A model generated the notes under the pieces. That model was given only the letters and a program-made list of their open reading frames with translations. It had not been told where the DNA came from and searched no databases. Below, in pieces: positions 42,576 through 58,239 of a DNA stretch of 64,000 nucleotides. The DNA lies in the NCBI GenBank assembly GCA_964016885.1, contig OZ024741.1, positions 137,268,001-137,332,000 of the forward strand. Reading direction: 5' to 3'. Source of the DNA: Eledone cirrhosa. Its lineage: Eukaryota. Both the position numbers and the translations under genes were made by a program. Numbering within the stretch: position 1 is the stretch's first letter; each line of letters begins with the position of its first letter.

Positions 42576-42817
42576 AGTATGCATGTATACGTACATACAT
42601 ATATGTATACAGACGTACAGTAGCATGCACATATATATATATATATACATATATATATACATATGCATACAGGTACACATACATATATGCACGTATCAGT
42701 TTAGCGGCGCTTATTATAACGTCGATTTGTTCGTTTGTAAACAAACTGAACAGCCTGAATTTATGCCATACGGTGTTAAGGCAACCACGTCACCTTTTTG
42801 TTCAACACTGACACAGG

Positions 42818-42862
42818 AACGATGTACTAGTTTCAAGCTTGTTAGCTATCATCAGCACCGTT
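42818..42862 (-). ncRNA. Minimal hammerhead ribozyme
   Basis: aacggtg-CTGATGA-tagc(taacaa)gctt-GAAA-ctag-TA-catcgtt. 7-bp stem I, palindromic stem III, GUA cleavage triplet. Confidence 0.85.
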
Positions 42863-43471
42863 TACCCATCTGCCAGATAGTTGAACGTTCGAAAGTATAT
42901 ACTTTCCTTATGAAAATTAACGGCTGAGCAGCCTAATTTGCATATTGAGTGAAACTAGTACATCGTTCCTGTGTCAGTGTTGAACAAAAAGGTGACGTGG
43001 TTGCCTTAACACCGTATGGCATAAATTCAGGCTGTTCAGTTTGTTTACAAACGAACAAAGCGACGTTATAATAAGCGCCGCTAAACTGATACGTGCATAT
43101 ATGTATGTGTACCTGTATGCATATGTATATATATATGTATATATATATATATATGTGCATGCTACTGTACGTCTGTATACATATATGTATGTACGTATAC
43201 ATGCATACTTACATTTAAGTAAGTGCCATACTAAGAGTGAGAAATGAAATTTCGTTTTCATTTTGTTTCAATTTATCGTTTTCGGTATGCCTGACCGATT
43301 TAACTCACTCAATATGCAAATTAGGCTGCTCAGCCGTTAATATATATATATATATGTATATACACACAAGTACACACACACATATATATATATATATATA
43401 TTTCGTTTCTGAACGAAGATGGCGTAGGACAGAACAAAGGAGAGGCACACAAACAAAGAAAAGAATCCCCA

Positions 43472-43514
43472 GTCACTGAAGAGGTCACAGAATGTGTGAC
43501 GAAAGAACTTTGAC
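43472..43514 (+). ncRNA. Minimal hammerhead ribozyme in family H element (43400-43665)
   Basis: gtca-CTGAAGA-g-gtcaca(gaatg)tgtgac-GAAA-gaac-TT-tgac. Confidence 0.72.
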
Positions 43515-43660
43515 AAAATATAAACAATCATCTGGTTGTGGAACCAATCAACCAACCGGAAATTTATAAATTCCTAAATTTATAAATTTTTTATAATAAA
43601 TTGAAGTGAAAGCGTCTGGTGCGTGTGTTTCTCATTGGCAACATGACCCTCCCAAAGTAT

Positions 43661-43696
<36 letters not shown>

Positions 43697-43842
43697 ATCT
43701 CTAATTAAAAACATAGCCAATGCTCTACAATAAATGAGTGCTCCTTGAACAGGTGATTGCAGCTGTATACCTGCAATAAACTAGATTTGTTGAGTGAGCT
43801 AGACGCTGGCCGAAGGACGCGGTAGTTATACCAGCGATCTTC

Positions 43843-44207
<365 letters not shown>

Positions 44208-45247
44208 TTTGATATAGTAGGAAAAAAGTCTTAACGTTTCGGGCGTAAGTCAGGAGTTCAGGGCCTGTAGTTTGGTGGGAAGAATTATTGAAAATAACTT
44301 TTTATCAACTTATATACTTCTTACATTCAAATCGCTTTCTACTAATTTTTACTTGTATCACTTCGACATTGAGTCATACTAAACGCGCATCTATTTTTTC
44401 CTTCACTTCATCACCTCTCCCTCTTTTACTCGTTCTTGCTCTCCTTCTATCAGTCTATCTATTTCTCCCACAATCTCTTACATTGCCCATCATTATCTAA
44501 CTTCCTTAACCTCTCTATTGCTTTCTTCTCCCACTTTACAATATCGTTATCTATTCCTCTTTCATCCCCCCTCTTGATCCATCTTTCTCTCTGTCTATTC
44601 CTCAAGTACGCACACGCACACGTATACTTTTACTTGGACTCTTTCACAATGTCTATCTTTATCTTTCTTGACCTCTCACTCGATATTTTCTCCCACGTTA
44701 CGTTATCTAGGCCTCAGCCCCCTCTCTCTCGCGTTGTTTTTCTGTCGTAGTGTCCATCTTCCCTTAACTTTCTTTCAATCTCTCATCTCTTTCCCAATCC
44801 ATCTCTCCTTCTTTCTCAATCTCCGCCTATCTCCTTTTTCTTTCTCTATCTCTCACTTAAACTCGCTCAAAATATATTCTTCTCTTCACTCTCCCATCTC
44901 ACTCTCTCCCACTCTCTAAAAATATGTTTTTTGTTTTCATTCACACTCTCTCATTTTCGTTATTATTCTCACTCTATCCACTTCGAATCTTCCCCATTTT
45001 CTCTCTCACTATGCCTTCTTTCCCTTTCCTCATTTCCCAATACTTTCCAAGTTATATCCGATGGCCAAACCACTTCACATTGCTATTCTCTTTTCTCTTC
45101 TGTCTACTTATTCAGGTTGTTTCGCCCTTTAGCTAACCAATGCACTTGAAAGAATCATCTTGCTTTTATCTTCAGCTCTAGTTTAGCATGACATTACCTC
45201 CAGGCAACCTTTCTCCAGCTGATATCTATCATAGCTAATATAGAAAC

Positions 45248-45549
<302 letters not shown>

Positions 45550-46741
45550 ATATATAAGTGAGTGCGCAGGTGAATCTCCAGAGTAACAAGACTCACTATT
45601 TAGCCATATTAAATGAATATATATATATATATAATTAGAAATCCTAGGTTTTTCCCAGACAGCATATATTTCTTTTGTTTTACTTTATCGACCACCAAGT
45701 ACGCTCTGTTATTTATACATGTTGTACTCTCAGTAATAACCCATGGCAACGAAGATGGTGAAACGATGTATGACTATTTACGACGCTGATTACTTCCACC
45801 ACCACCTTTACAACCCAAAACTTATGCTTTGTAAACACTATCAAAGTATGAATATATGAAAATACCTGTGACTTTTATGAAAGTCAGACTGGGTTACATT
45901 CTTATATGTATGATATATATCGCTTACCTGTATTGAGACGCATGTCAATCAAATTATTTTGAGAATAAATCTGCCACAATGAACCTCACTTCAATAATAG
46001 TTCAATCGAGTAAAATACCTCTGTTAATACTAATTCAGTTCCTGATAAAGACATCTAGTTATCGATTACTCTAATGCACAGGAAGGGCACCTCAATACAC
46101 TAATTTACTTGTATTTTCCTTTATAATCAGACACCCCCAAATTAAATCTAGTCTAGTAAGGTGTCATAGCTATCTGTTCGGCCGGTCCCATAGGGCTGTA
46201 TGTATATTTTACCAAGAGTGGAAATATTCCAGATTTACCTAATGAAGATTAGGAACTGTTTATAATAGTGGAAGCATGCAAAGATCCACCTAAGTGTAAT
46301 TAGAATGTGTAAATAACAAAGAAAAAATTTATTATGCTTGGGGTTTCCTCTATCTTAGTTTGTAAGGGAAGGAGATAAAGCCGGGATCTACCCCCCCCCC
46401 CCCTGGGGCGTGAGAGGGTTTGAAGGTAATATAAGTCCTATATATTCTGTGTTTACATGAGTGTTATCTATATATACTATATATATATACATACATATAT
46501 ATAAATATATATATATGAAGAATGAGTATTTAAACTTTATTTTATTCAGAGTTAAGGCTCTATTGATTTTTACCTGGATTTTACAAAATTCTATGGATAA
46601 ATCTATGTCTTGATTTTTTTTTAATTGAGTTTGAATTATTTTCCCACATCTTACGTTAATTATTTTCCATTTTGACGTGATAGTCACTTATATATTATGA
46701 AATACTGTTGGCTTCACGCTCACATTAATTTCTATACTTTC

Positions 46742-46806
<65 letters not shown>

Positions 46807-46947
46807 AGCATGTCCAGAGAATTATTTGATAATATATATACATCATCTGAGTCACATCGTGAAAAGTTGCCAAAACACATATATACCTGTGATTTTGTTT
46901 AATTGGTGTATGTGTAAATATTTATATTTTATATATATATATATATT

Positions 46948-47466
46948 ATATTTATTAAAATAACAGATTAAAGTTTAAGCAATGAATCGCTGCTTTCACC
47001 CTTAACGGGATCTTCTGAAACTAACAAAGTCAATCTGTAAACGCAGAAGTGGATATTTCAAAAAACGTTGCAACTGGAGGAAGACGGGAAGACGATACTT
47101 TGGTTCGTGGAAACGTTCCCTGGGAAAGAACGGGAAAAAACGAATATAATACGTCATTAATAGGAGCGGTGACGTATTATATTCGTTTTTTCCCGTTCTT
47201 TGACAGGGAAGGTTTCCACGAACCAAAGTATCGTCTTCCCGTCTTCCTCCGGTTGAAACGTTTTTTGAAATATCCACTTCTGCGTTTACAGATTGACTTT
47301 GTTAGTTTCAGAAGATCCCGTTAAGGGTGAAAGCAGCGATTCTTTGCTTAAACTTTAATCTGTTATTTTAATAAATATTTGCTCTACGGTTCTTATATAT
47401 TTGATATATATTTATCCTTATCGAGCCCTCTTTGGATTTTAGTCTTCAAATTTATTATTATTACTA
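46948..47466 (+). mobile_element. Fold-back mini-element, family C (209-bp arms)
   Basis: Arms 46948-47156 and 47170-47378, 13-nt loop, then a tail with a GCTC...GAGC stem. The tail recurs inverted at ~55505-55596. Confidence 0.88.
47304..47354 (+). ncRNA. Hammerhead-like fold with variant core CAGAAGA (mirror copy 46972-47022, minus strand)
   Basis: agttt-CAGAAGA-tccc(gttaa)gggt-GAAA-gca(gcgattctt)tgc-TT-aaact. All three stems form; U4 is replaced by A. Confidence 0.6.
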
Positions 47467-47473
47467 TTATTAT

Positions 47474-47511
<38 letters not shown>

Positions 47512-47762
47512 ATAATAATAGTAATAATAATAATAGTAATAATAATAAATAATTATATATATATATAATAAAGGTATGTGTTCCTACATGTAATTAATAC
47601 ACACAGGGATACAAGTATAGTCCGACCGTATGCCAGTGTGGTTCAATGGCAAGTTAATAAATTAACAAGCCAGAACATATAAAATCAAGGGAATGTAAAC
47701 ACAGAAAATATCTTAAAAAATAATAAAAAATAATTAAATTCCACCAAAAAATTCACTGTACT

Positions 47763-47824
<62 letters not shown>

Positions 47825-47871
47825 AAAGAATGAAGAATAACATGGTCGGCTGTACAAAAAGGGTTTATTTA

Positions 47872-47976
47872 CAGTTTTAACAATTGTTTCATTAATCAGG
47901 TGAGTCTAAAAGCCGCCGACCGCTAGAAATTACGTCACTCGACCTTAATTACAGTGTTTGCCTCATCGGAATACTG
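47872..47976 (-). ncRNA. Degenerate hammerhead with expanded stem II (family I)
   Basis: cagtatt-CCGATGA-(~75 nt)-GAAA-caattg-TT-aaaactg. Same family as 63890-63997. Confidence 0.5.
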
Positions 47977-48038
47977 AGAACTCACAACCTGTAGCTGGAT
48001 TTCCTTAAACGATATCTTGCTATCCTATATATATATAT

Positions 48039-48174
48039 ATAGGAAAATGTATGACCCCGACGGCAGAGCTCTGCCGACCGGGTCATACATTTTCCTATTA
48101 CCCACTCTACTACCCTAAGTATTGAGTACTCTGGTGCGTTATGGTCCATCTGGTTCCTTACCACAACTCCTTCG

Positions 48175-48176
<2 letters not shown>
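48039..48176 (+). mobile_element. Fold-back mini-element, family D copy 4
   Basis: Hairpin turns at the GAGCTC palindrome (~30-bp arms); same tail; (TA)n on both sides. Confidence 0.85.
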
Positions 48177-48215
<39 letters not shown>

Positions 48216-48299
48216 AAAGGTAAACAGAAATAACAACACAATTGGTACAGTATATTGAAGGGATATATTAGGTTAACGCTTGATATAGCAGGAAGAGGG

Positions 48300-48333
48300 T
48301 TTTAACGTTTCGGACGCTAGTCCTTCATCAGAA
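48300..48333 (-). ncRNA. PLE-type hammerhead core with weak stem I
   Basis: CTGATGA-a-ggac(tagc)gtcc-GAAACGTT. A related core CTGATGA-agaactagcgtgc-GAAACGTC lies at 56674-56702 (-) and a truncated one near 44231. Confidence 0.6.
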
Positions 48334-48412
48334 GAAAGAATGAGAAATAAGATAGATTGAGGGGACGGGCGGGTTGGAATTGGAAAAATATATTTAGATA
48401 AAAATAACGGGT

Positions 48413-48446
<34 letters not shown>

Positions 48447-48451
<5 letters not shown>

Positions 48452-48743
48452 ATCAAAAGATGGTTAAAAGAGTTCCATGTATTTTCCATATGTTGATTTA
48501 AAACTGCACTATCCACAAGTGTTTTTTAACCTTCATATCATGTCTTCCTATTTTATCTGATGAAAACACAAATGTTATTGCATGATGATATTTGTTTTTG
48601 AAATGCGCATAATAAAATACATGGAACTCTTTTAACCATCTTTTGATCTTATATATTATGTATACTCCAGTCCTACAGACTGTAGAGTGCTTCTTATCCG
48701 ATATCTGCATTGCTTTATTGTACTACAATAAAACTCACCTCCT

Positions 48744-48746
<3 letters not shown>
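48447..48746 (+). mobile_element. Fold-back hammerhead mini-element, family B copy 2
   Basis: Short arm 48447-48485 pairs with 48614-48654. Hammerhead at 48549-48619 (tattttat-CTGATGA...GAAA-tgcgca-TA-ataaaata). The tail matches 32511-32597. Confidence 0.85.
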
Positions 48747-48839
<93 letters not shown>

Positions 48840-48932
48840 AGTATATATATATATCAACGTGAATTTCACGAGAAGGCTTATTGTTATTCAAACAACAATC
48901 GCCATGAATTGAGTCTATGACACACACGCGCG

Positions 48933-49050
<118 letters not shown>

Positions 49051-51057
49051 CACATACACGATCGAAATGGTTTATGCTCAACTGTCGGATTAAGCTATAT
49101 CAGATTGTGTTACAATTCTTTTAGTAATATTAGTAACATCTTATATACACATATACATACACACCCATATGTATGTGTGAATATATATATATATATATAT
49201 ATATTCGTATGTGTCTTGTCTGTGTGCGCTAGTGTGCGCATTTGTATACACGTACATATAATAGTATGTACGTATGTGTATATTAACCGCCCATGTCACA
49301 TTTGCTTTTGTTATGTGAGTGCTTTGTTTTTCCTTGAATGCCCACACAATGATTATAAGTCTCCGTCTTTCAATCCTATGCACTAGATTTCAGCTCAACT
49401 AACAGGTTTGTCTACAATAATGTCTCATAAGTAGCTCTATTTTCTTCTTTATTTTACTTCATTGCTGTTAAGTTTTTTCTAAACACCAACACTAATATTA
49501 GAATGTCATCTTGATAAATATAAAAAATTAAACAATAAAGAAAAAACGACTATTATATTTATTGCACTTGCGAATGTCACCACCCATCTTCGATTCACAT
49601 CCTACACAGTAGATCACTGTTTCTGCTAGCATCACACTCCATTTTATTTGTGCCCTAACCTCGAAACATCACGGAATATAAGTAAACATGTAAACCTTTG
49701 TTTTGTTTTGTCTACTTAGTTTATTCTAGTCTGTTTTCACTCTTGTATCTCTAATTTGCATTGCATTAGCATTCTCAAGTCAACCATAGCCACCAGAAGA
49801 TCCACTGAAGTACCCCTATGGGTATTCTCCTTTTAGATTCTACATGCCATCCTTAGAAGGAAAGGAACACTAGATAGTAGACATTAGAAGGAAAACGGTT
49901 TTGTTAAGAATGGTATGCAGTTGGTATTTATCTTAACGTCAACTCTTATCGAGTGGATATAAAGATAAAAGTATTCCAGCCACGAAAATATACAAATACT
50001 TTTATAAATCTGAGACTACATTGTTCAATGTATTCATTTTTTAAAGTTATGATTTGAGGTAGATTTTGCTGCTGTTGTTTCATGCCGCTCGTGCAACCAT
50101 GTAGAAGCTCCTTCATTAGCTCGAAAACGATAAAGTTTCTAGTTGACTACTTGATCTGCTAGAAAGAGAAATCATGACCTTCTTAAGGAAAATACATATT
50201 AGATAACATGTACACCGAAAATACTAGATATAGAGTAAAGTAAATGCTAAAGGGTTAACGTGTGTGTTGGACATTTAATTGAATGTCGAACAACTGATTT
50301 TTCATTGTCGACACCGACGGAAGATCTTTATCCCGTTTGTAAAATAGGTTGGATTACCTTGAATAAATAATGAATCAATATTACATAATTTATCTACTAA
50401 ATTTCGTTATTCTTGATTAAATATAAATAATTTTGTTGCTTATTTTAAGATTTACTTCTTTAAAATTTTCAAATGTCAACACTTCCTGTTAGCGATCGCT
50501 TAAATAAACATTCATATATTTCCGTCCCTAATTTTCTCCTAATGCAGTTTATATATAATATCGTCTTTTTTAAATGTATCATGAATTACGTTACTGATTA
50601 CATAAGAGAGTGTAACGCAGCCTTCGTCCAATTTCTGTGTATATTGTTAATTACGATTTTATTTGATGTATCATATCTACATGCATATATACTTGTGTAT
50701 AATATCAATTAAAATATACGCACTGGCAGTTGGTTCACTTCCGCTTTATTATCAATAATTAATCAAACAGTCCTTTGGTTCTTTAATTACACTCTGTGAC
50801 CTTTTCGATGATTCTTGTCCTCTGTTTCTTTTTTTTCCACTTCAACCTTACCCCATCCTTTTTTAAATTCCTTTGTGCTTCAATATTGAATAATATACAG
50901 CCTTGATATGTAATATATTTTTAACATCATCTACCCTTATATAGTGAACCTATTGAAAAGTTTGTTTGGTACTCTTCAAACACATTATTAAAGGCTTCTG
51001 ACATTTCATATTATATATACAACAATTGTAAAAAAATAAATGTGTATACTGTAAACG

Positions 51058-51088
<31 letters not shown>

Positions 51089-51227
51089 GTGCGCGTGTGT
51101 GTGTGTGTTTGTGTGTGTGTAATTTATACACATACACTGATGTATACATACACATACATCTGTGTATTACTTAATACAATGTTTTTGTCCACATTGCTAT
51201 CTAGTTTGTAGTTTCATCATCAAACAT

Positions 51228-51299
<72 letters not shown>

Positions 51300-51629
51300 T
51301 GCCACCACTACTACTGCCACTACTGGTTCTTTCCCTACAATTGTACACACGCTTCTATTCATGGCGAGCTACATTCTCCCTTTCATTCACCGTATTCTGT
51401 CTTCTTTCATCTCTATATTTTTATTGCTCTTTCATCTTTTCCTCCTATATTCACACAAACATACGCACACACACACACACACATACACACACACTCACAC
51501 ACACATAGGCACACACACACACACAGTGTCGTACTAAAAGACAGTCACACGCAAAAAGAATGTCACATACGTACGGACACAAAATAACATTCACACAGCG
51601 TACATGCGCTCTTTTACACACACTCGCTC

Positions 51630-51726
<97 letters not shown>

Positions 51727-52068
51727 CACACGCACACATACACACACACACAGATATATATATATATATACATGGTTTAAAAAATGTTCTCTCCAAATGA
51801 ATTCCATCCCTCCCATTACCGCCTTTCTCTTCATTTATGCTGCCATTATCTGAGGGCAAAATGCGTTGTAATAATTAGGTACAAATCTGTATTCAAAACC
51901 CGCTAAAGTCGTCTTTGCCATTCATCCTTGTATGCATAGTCTCTGAATTCCTGATGGAATCGTAAAGGCGCCGTAATGACATACAGCGTGTCTTGGGCAT
52001 TTAATCCTAGCGGATCCCATCCCTCATCTGGTGTCATGAGAGTCGGTATCTTCCAGAGAAGAGCAAAT

Positions 52069-52208
<140 letters not shown>

Positions 52209-52558
52209 GGCAGAGAGAGAAAGTGAGAGAAATAGATATAGAGGAAGATTCGACCTTGCTACTAGATTAGTACTTTATTTATCGACCTCAAAATGATGAA
52301 AGGCAAAGATGACTTCGGCGGAATTTGAATGCAATATGCAGAGTGACGGAACAAATATAGCGGAACATTCTATTTGATGTTCTACCGATACTGCCAATTT
52401 GCCACCTTACTTTTATATCTAGGGAGTTGACAATAGGAAGTACCATTGCCTGGTACTTCCGTCTCACAAAATTGTTATTGTGCCTAAATTAGAAACCAAT
52501 ATCTGAGTCAAAATCCAAAACGCACACACTAAGTCCTAACATCGCTCAAAATTTGAGT

Positions 52559-52622
52559 CACTCATTGACAGACACTCATTGACAGACACTCATTGACAGA
52601 CACTCATTGACAGACACTCATT
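52559..52622. repeat. 14-bp minisatellite (cactcattgacaga) x ~4.5
   Basis: Directly visible perfect tandem copies. Confidence 0.9.
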
Positions 52623-52700
52623 CAGTCATACATTCACTCACACATTCAAACACTTACTGACTTCCTTATACACACACGCAGACAGTCATTAATGTATTTA

Positions 52701-52701
52701 T

Positions 52702-52733
<32 letters not shown>

Positions 52734-52870
52734 CTTCTTCTTCTTCTTCTTCTTCTTCTTCTTCTTCTTCTTCTTCTTCTTCTTCTTCTTCTTCTTCTTC
52801 TTCTTCTTCTTCTTCTTCTTCTTCTTCTTCTTCTTCTTCTTCTTCTTCTTCTTCTTCTTCTTCTTCTTCT
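52701..52870. repeat. (TTG)n-(TTC)n compound trinucleotide microsatellite
   Basis: Directly visible; source of the poly-E/Q and poly-L spurious ORFs. Confidence 0.95.
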
Positions 52871-53444
52871 AAGTAAAACTGCTGATCTTGTGCTAAACTT
52901 GAGACCATGTCTGCTGTGTCGATAAAATAAAGTAACAGTAATGCGCAGGGGTCGATTTAATCGACTTTTCCCTCTCCCAAAATTGTTGGCCTAAATTAGA
53001 ATAAAATAAAGTACCAGTAATGCACTGATATAATTGTTGGCCTTGTGCCAAAAGTAGAAACAATTATTATTATTATGGCTGGTGTTGTATCGTAGTTTTT
53101 GTAATGGTGGCTGTTTTATTGTTATAAATCTTTGATTATACATGCTTTCACGAAAGAAAAAAGAAAATTGGCAAGAAAGCATGACAACAATGTATTATAG
53201 TTTAAGCATCAAACAGCACTTCACTACAATGACCACCTAATCAATTTAAAAATTTCAAATACAGAAAGCAAGCAGATACATCACAACACAAAGCACACCT
53301 AGTCAGACCCAGACACACAGACACAGACACACACACAGACACGCACTACACACACACACACATATATATATATATGTATATAAATATATATATATATACA
53401 TATATATATGCATATGTAAGTATGTATATACATATACATATATG

Positions 53445-53488
<44 letters not shown>

Positions 53489-53540
53489 AGTGTGTATATA
53501 TATATATACAAACATATATACACATATGTATGTACATATA

Positions 53541-53635
<95 letters not shown>

Positions 53636-54053
53636 GCACATAAAACACATAGTTTCACCATCAACTGACTCATCATGTCACGCAAGGAATGTTTTGTGAT
53701 TCCACCGTTATATGATATTATTTATTTTTCCATTATAAAATTCTAAAGTTATATTTCAAAGTTGTAAACGACTTTCATTAGTAGTTATGCTGTGTTTGTT
53801 AAGTCTATACGCCTATACATATTTGTGTTTAAACGGTTATATAACGAATGAAGCGTACATTTATTATAATGGTGTTGAGTAAAATACGTTTCATTATATG
53901 TGTATAGTGTGTATATGTAGTTAGGTGTTATGAAATAACCCAGGAGAAATATATAAAACAGGAGGTCACTGAAAGTGGAACTTTTAAAATAATGGGTATA
54001 ATGGGTATATAATATTATTTTCAATTATTAATAAACATTATGTGTATGTCTGT

Positions 54054-54057
<4 letters not shown>

Positions 54058-54084
<27 letters not shown>

Positions 54085-54290
54085 ATGGTAAAATTGATAA
54101 AATTAAATGTCGTATCACATAAATGTGGAATCACAAAACATTCCTCACGTGACATGATAAGTCATTTGATGGTGAAACTGTTTTTTCTATATATATATAT
54201 ACATATATACACACATACATGCATATATATATATTTATATACACACACAAATATATATATATATATATTTTTTTTTAATATATATATATT

Positions 54291-54351
<61 letters not shown>

Positions 54352-54427
54352 ATATATATTATATTATATATATATTATATATATATATTATATATATATA
54401 ATATATATATATAATATATATATAATA

Positions 54428-54493
<66 letters not shown>

Positions 54494-54618
54494 GCATATA
54501 ATATGCGTCTGGGTGTATGTGTGTATTAAAAAAGATAAAGTTGTATTGCACTCCTCAACAAACTATCAGAGACTAGTTTTTCCTTTGTGTGCTTTAAATT
54601 CATCTCTCTCTCTCTCAT

Positions 54619-54707
<89 letters not shown>

Positions 54708-54950
54708 CTCTCTCTCACTCTCTCTCTCTCTCTCTCTCTATACATATATATATATACACATATATATATATATATATATATAATGGTAAAATTGATAAAA
54801 TTAAATGTCGTATCACATAAATGTGGATTCACAAAACATTCCTCGCGTGACATGATAAGTCATTTGATGGTGAAACTGTTTTTTCTATATATATATACAT
54901 ATATACACACATACATGCATATATATATATTTATATACACACACAAATAC

Positions 54951-54981
<31 letters not shown>

Positions 54982-55095
54982 ATATGCGTCTGGGTGTATG
55001 TGTGTATTAAAAAAAAAGAAGTTGTATTGCACTCCTCAACAAACTATCACAGACTAGTTTTTCCTTTATGTGTGCTTTAAATTCATCTCTCTCTC
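54058..55095. repeat. Local tandem duplication (~700-bp offset) spanning microsatellites
   Basis: taatggtaaaattgataaaattaaatgtcg... at ~54083 and ~54781; aatatgcgtctgggtgtatg...gctttaaattcatctc at ~54500 and ~54981. Confidence 0.85.
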
Positions 55096-55137
55096 TCCGA
55101 TTATCTCTCTCACTCTCTCTCATTCTCTTTCTCTCTT

Positions 55138-55168
<31 letters not shown>

Positions 55169-55456
55169 TATATATATATATATTAATTCGGGACAAGTGG
55201 TCGAAAGAAGACCGCAATGTATAATATGCATTAATAGAATTCGATGTTTACGATCTGATAAAGTTTTCTCCCTTTAAAGATGACTACCACAACCCACGTG
55301 TCCCATTGATTCCTTTATATAACAACTATTGGTTTTGATGTTCGCTGCTTAGTAAATAATAAAGTATCAATAAAAGTTCACCGATGTCGGTCAACCTGCC
55401 AACTTTTACAGTAAATTCTTTTAACGGTGAATAGACGACATGGCATTGAGTATATA

Positions 55457-55509
<53 letters not shown>

Positions 55510-55592
55510 ATAATAATAAATTTGAAGACTAAAATCCAAAGAGGGCTCGATAAGGATAAATATATATCAAATATATAAGAACCGTAGAGCAA

Positions 55593-55914
55593 ATATTAAA
55601 TAAATGGAAACTATAATCATAAAACCATATTTAATATATTATATATATTTCAAGGGTACCAAAAACTTTGGTACGCTTTCATCAGATGAAATACAAAGTG
55701 TGTTTTATAAATTTTGACATAGCCAAGGAACATACTTTAACGGTTAAAGTTTTCCTTGGATAGTATATATAATAGAATAAATATGGTTTTATAAATATAG
55801 TTTCCATTTATTTAATATCATTGAATATTATACTCCAGAAATCTGTCGAGTGCTCTGAATCAGTTTTAAACATTTATATTTGTTGAATTACCAACAAATA
55901 GAATATCCCTTCTG

Positions 55915-55917
<3 letters not shown>
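55593..55917 (+). mobile_element. Fold-back mini-element, family A copy 2 (diverged)
   Basis: Homologous to 9343-9790. Hammerhead core on minus at 55633-55693 (CTGATGA-aagcgtacca..tggtaccctt-GAAA-tatata-TA). Tail has ACTC cag aaat ctg tc GAGTGC at 55832-55853. Confidence 0.8.
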
Positions 55918-55982
<65 letters not shown>

Positions 55983-56372
55983 TACATGTATATTTACATA
56001 TATATATAAATGAAAAAAATGAAACGAAATTTCATTTCTCACTCTTAGTACGGCTGTTACTTAAATATAAGTATGTATACGTACATAGATATATGTATAC
56101 AGACGTACAGTAGTATGTATATATATACATACATGCGCATATATATATATATATATGTACGTATTGATTTACCGAGGATTTATTATAATACTCGGTTTGT
56201 TTGTATACATTTATACATACTACTGTACGTCTGTATACATATATGTATGTACGTATACATACTTATATTTACATATATATATTTATATACATATGTATAA
56301 ATATTCATATATGCATATATATATATAAATATATACACACATATGCATACACATACCCACATACCCACAAAA

Positions 56373-56510
<138 letters not shown>

Positions 56511-56750
56511 GCATACACTCCTGCACACAAATACACATATATGTACATATATTCAGACACATACGCATACATATGCATAGTGCATCCTCGACAAGAAGAA
56601 AATGTAGAAACAACAAAATAGTAAAATTAAATCTGGAGAACAAATTATGGTGCAAAGGAAAGTGGAGTGTCCATGACGTTTCGCACGCTAGTTCTTCATC
56701 AGGAGAGAATCGAGTGATTAGTTAGAACAAAAAGCAGTGTATGCATCTGT

Positions 56751-56784
<34 letters not shown>

Positions 56785-57122
56785 TGGTACACTGTCTCCC
56801 ATTTAAATGTTAATAATAGATTATAACAGGTTTGTAATTATAGATATTTACATCATGACCATCCCTGTCATACTAGATCAGTGTAGCACTACATTTCTAA
56901 TAAGATTTTACGTAAGATTATGTGATTTAAGAGAGAGATTTGGGTGCCATTTCTTGTAAGTAAAATAACCAAGTTGGTCCGTTGATAAGAAAAGGCAACA
57001 GAAAATCCAATGGCATTGCAGGTGCGCAGTCTTAACAGGCGGCATGTCTTGGGCATTTAAAACAACGTGGAGCTCATCCCTCTCCAAGTAGGGAAACAGA
57101 CATTTACTTCCAGAGAGTGAGG

Positions 57123-57231
<109 letters not shown>

Positions 57232-58239
57232 ACGGAAGAATCAATTCCAATACTCTGGACAGATAATTTCTTTAAACAGAATTGAATAAAAAGGAAAGTT
57301 CATTTCCGCAGGATTTTAACTCGGGACGCAAGACATTTTCAAACAGATACCCTAAGGGTTCTACCAATTTGCTCTCTTTCGTAGTTTATAATATATTAAT
57401 AGAGTATTAAAATCTCTTATAAATTTGACTAATAACTTCGAAAGAATAGTTTCTAATACATTTGCCTCATTATATGTTCTTTTTATCGACATATTACAAC
57501 ATACGTAACTAATGAATCGATTTTAAATCTACACGAAGATACACATTCGACAAGCGATATTTAAAATTACTTTATTCAGTATAATATAATGCCGAACAAT
57601 GTATTTGAAATAGAAAACAGAATGATAAATAATTGGAACCATACAAGTAACTTCTACTTTCGTCTTAAATTTCAGATAAATCACTTCGACAATGTGTTCT
57701 TCTAAACTATTCGTCATTAGTTTGGCGTATATTAATACATTTCACTTACTTCACATAGCTAAATTGTTGATCTGTACCCTGAAGGTGATATTATCGATCT
57801 ATCTTTACACGTTAAACTACAGATTACACATCAATTGAACATTGAACAAAGCCGACATTATACGAGATAAATCAATGAATACTTTATAACATTTCTTAAC
57901 ACTTCGTAGACTCCATTAATATGTACTGCTATCCCGCCAAATTCTTTAACTTTACTGATTCAACAAGACGTGTACAATGTTATACAATATCAGCGGAATA
58001 TTATTTCATTTGAGATTGTGAACTGATGCAGTATCACATGTTAGACATCCGGGGCTTTGTTTTCGCCTCAAGCAATATATTATTTCTGAATGGAAAACAA
58101 ATAGGGAAAGAAATCAACCTGGCAAATAATTATGCTTCCGATCATATTTCACATGTAATGGGAATTCCTTTTCATTTCAAGGACATTTGAATTTATTTCT
58201 CTGGAAGTTACGCATTATTATTATTCTAGATGTTAGAGA

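Noticed and set aside
47002-47324. Pair of near-identical ORFs on opposite strands
   Set aside because: A consequence of the palindrome; no protein family recognisable.
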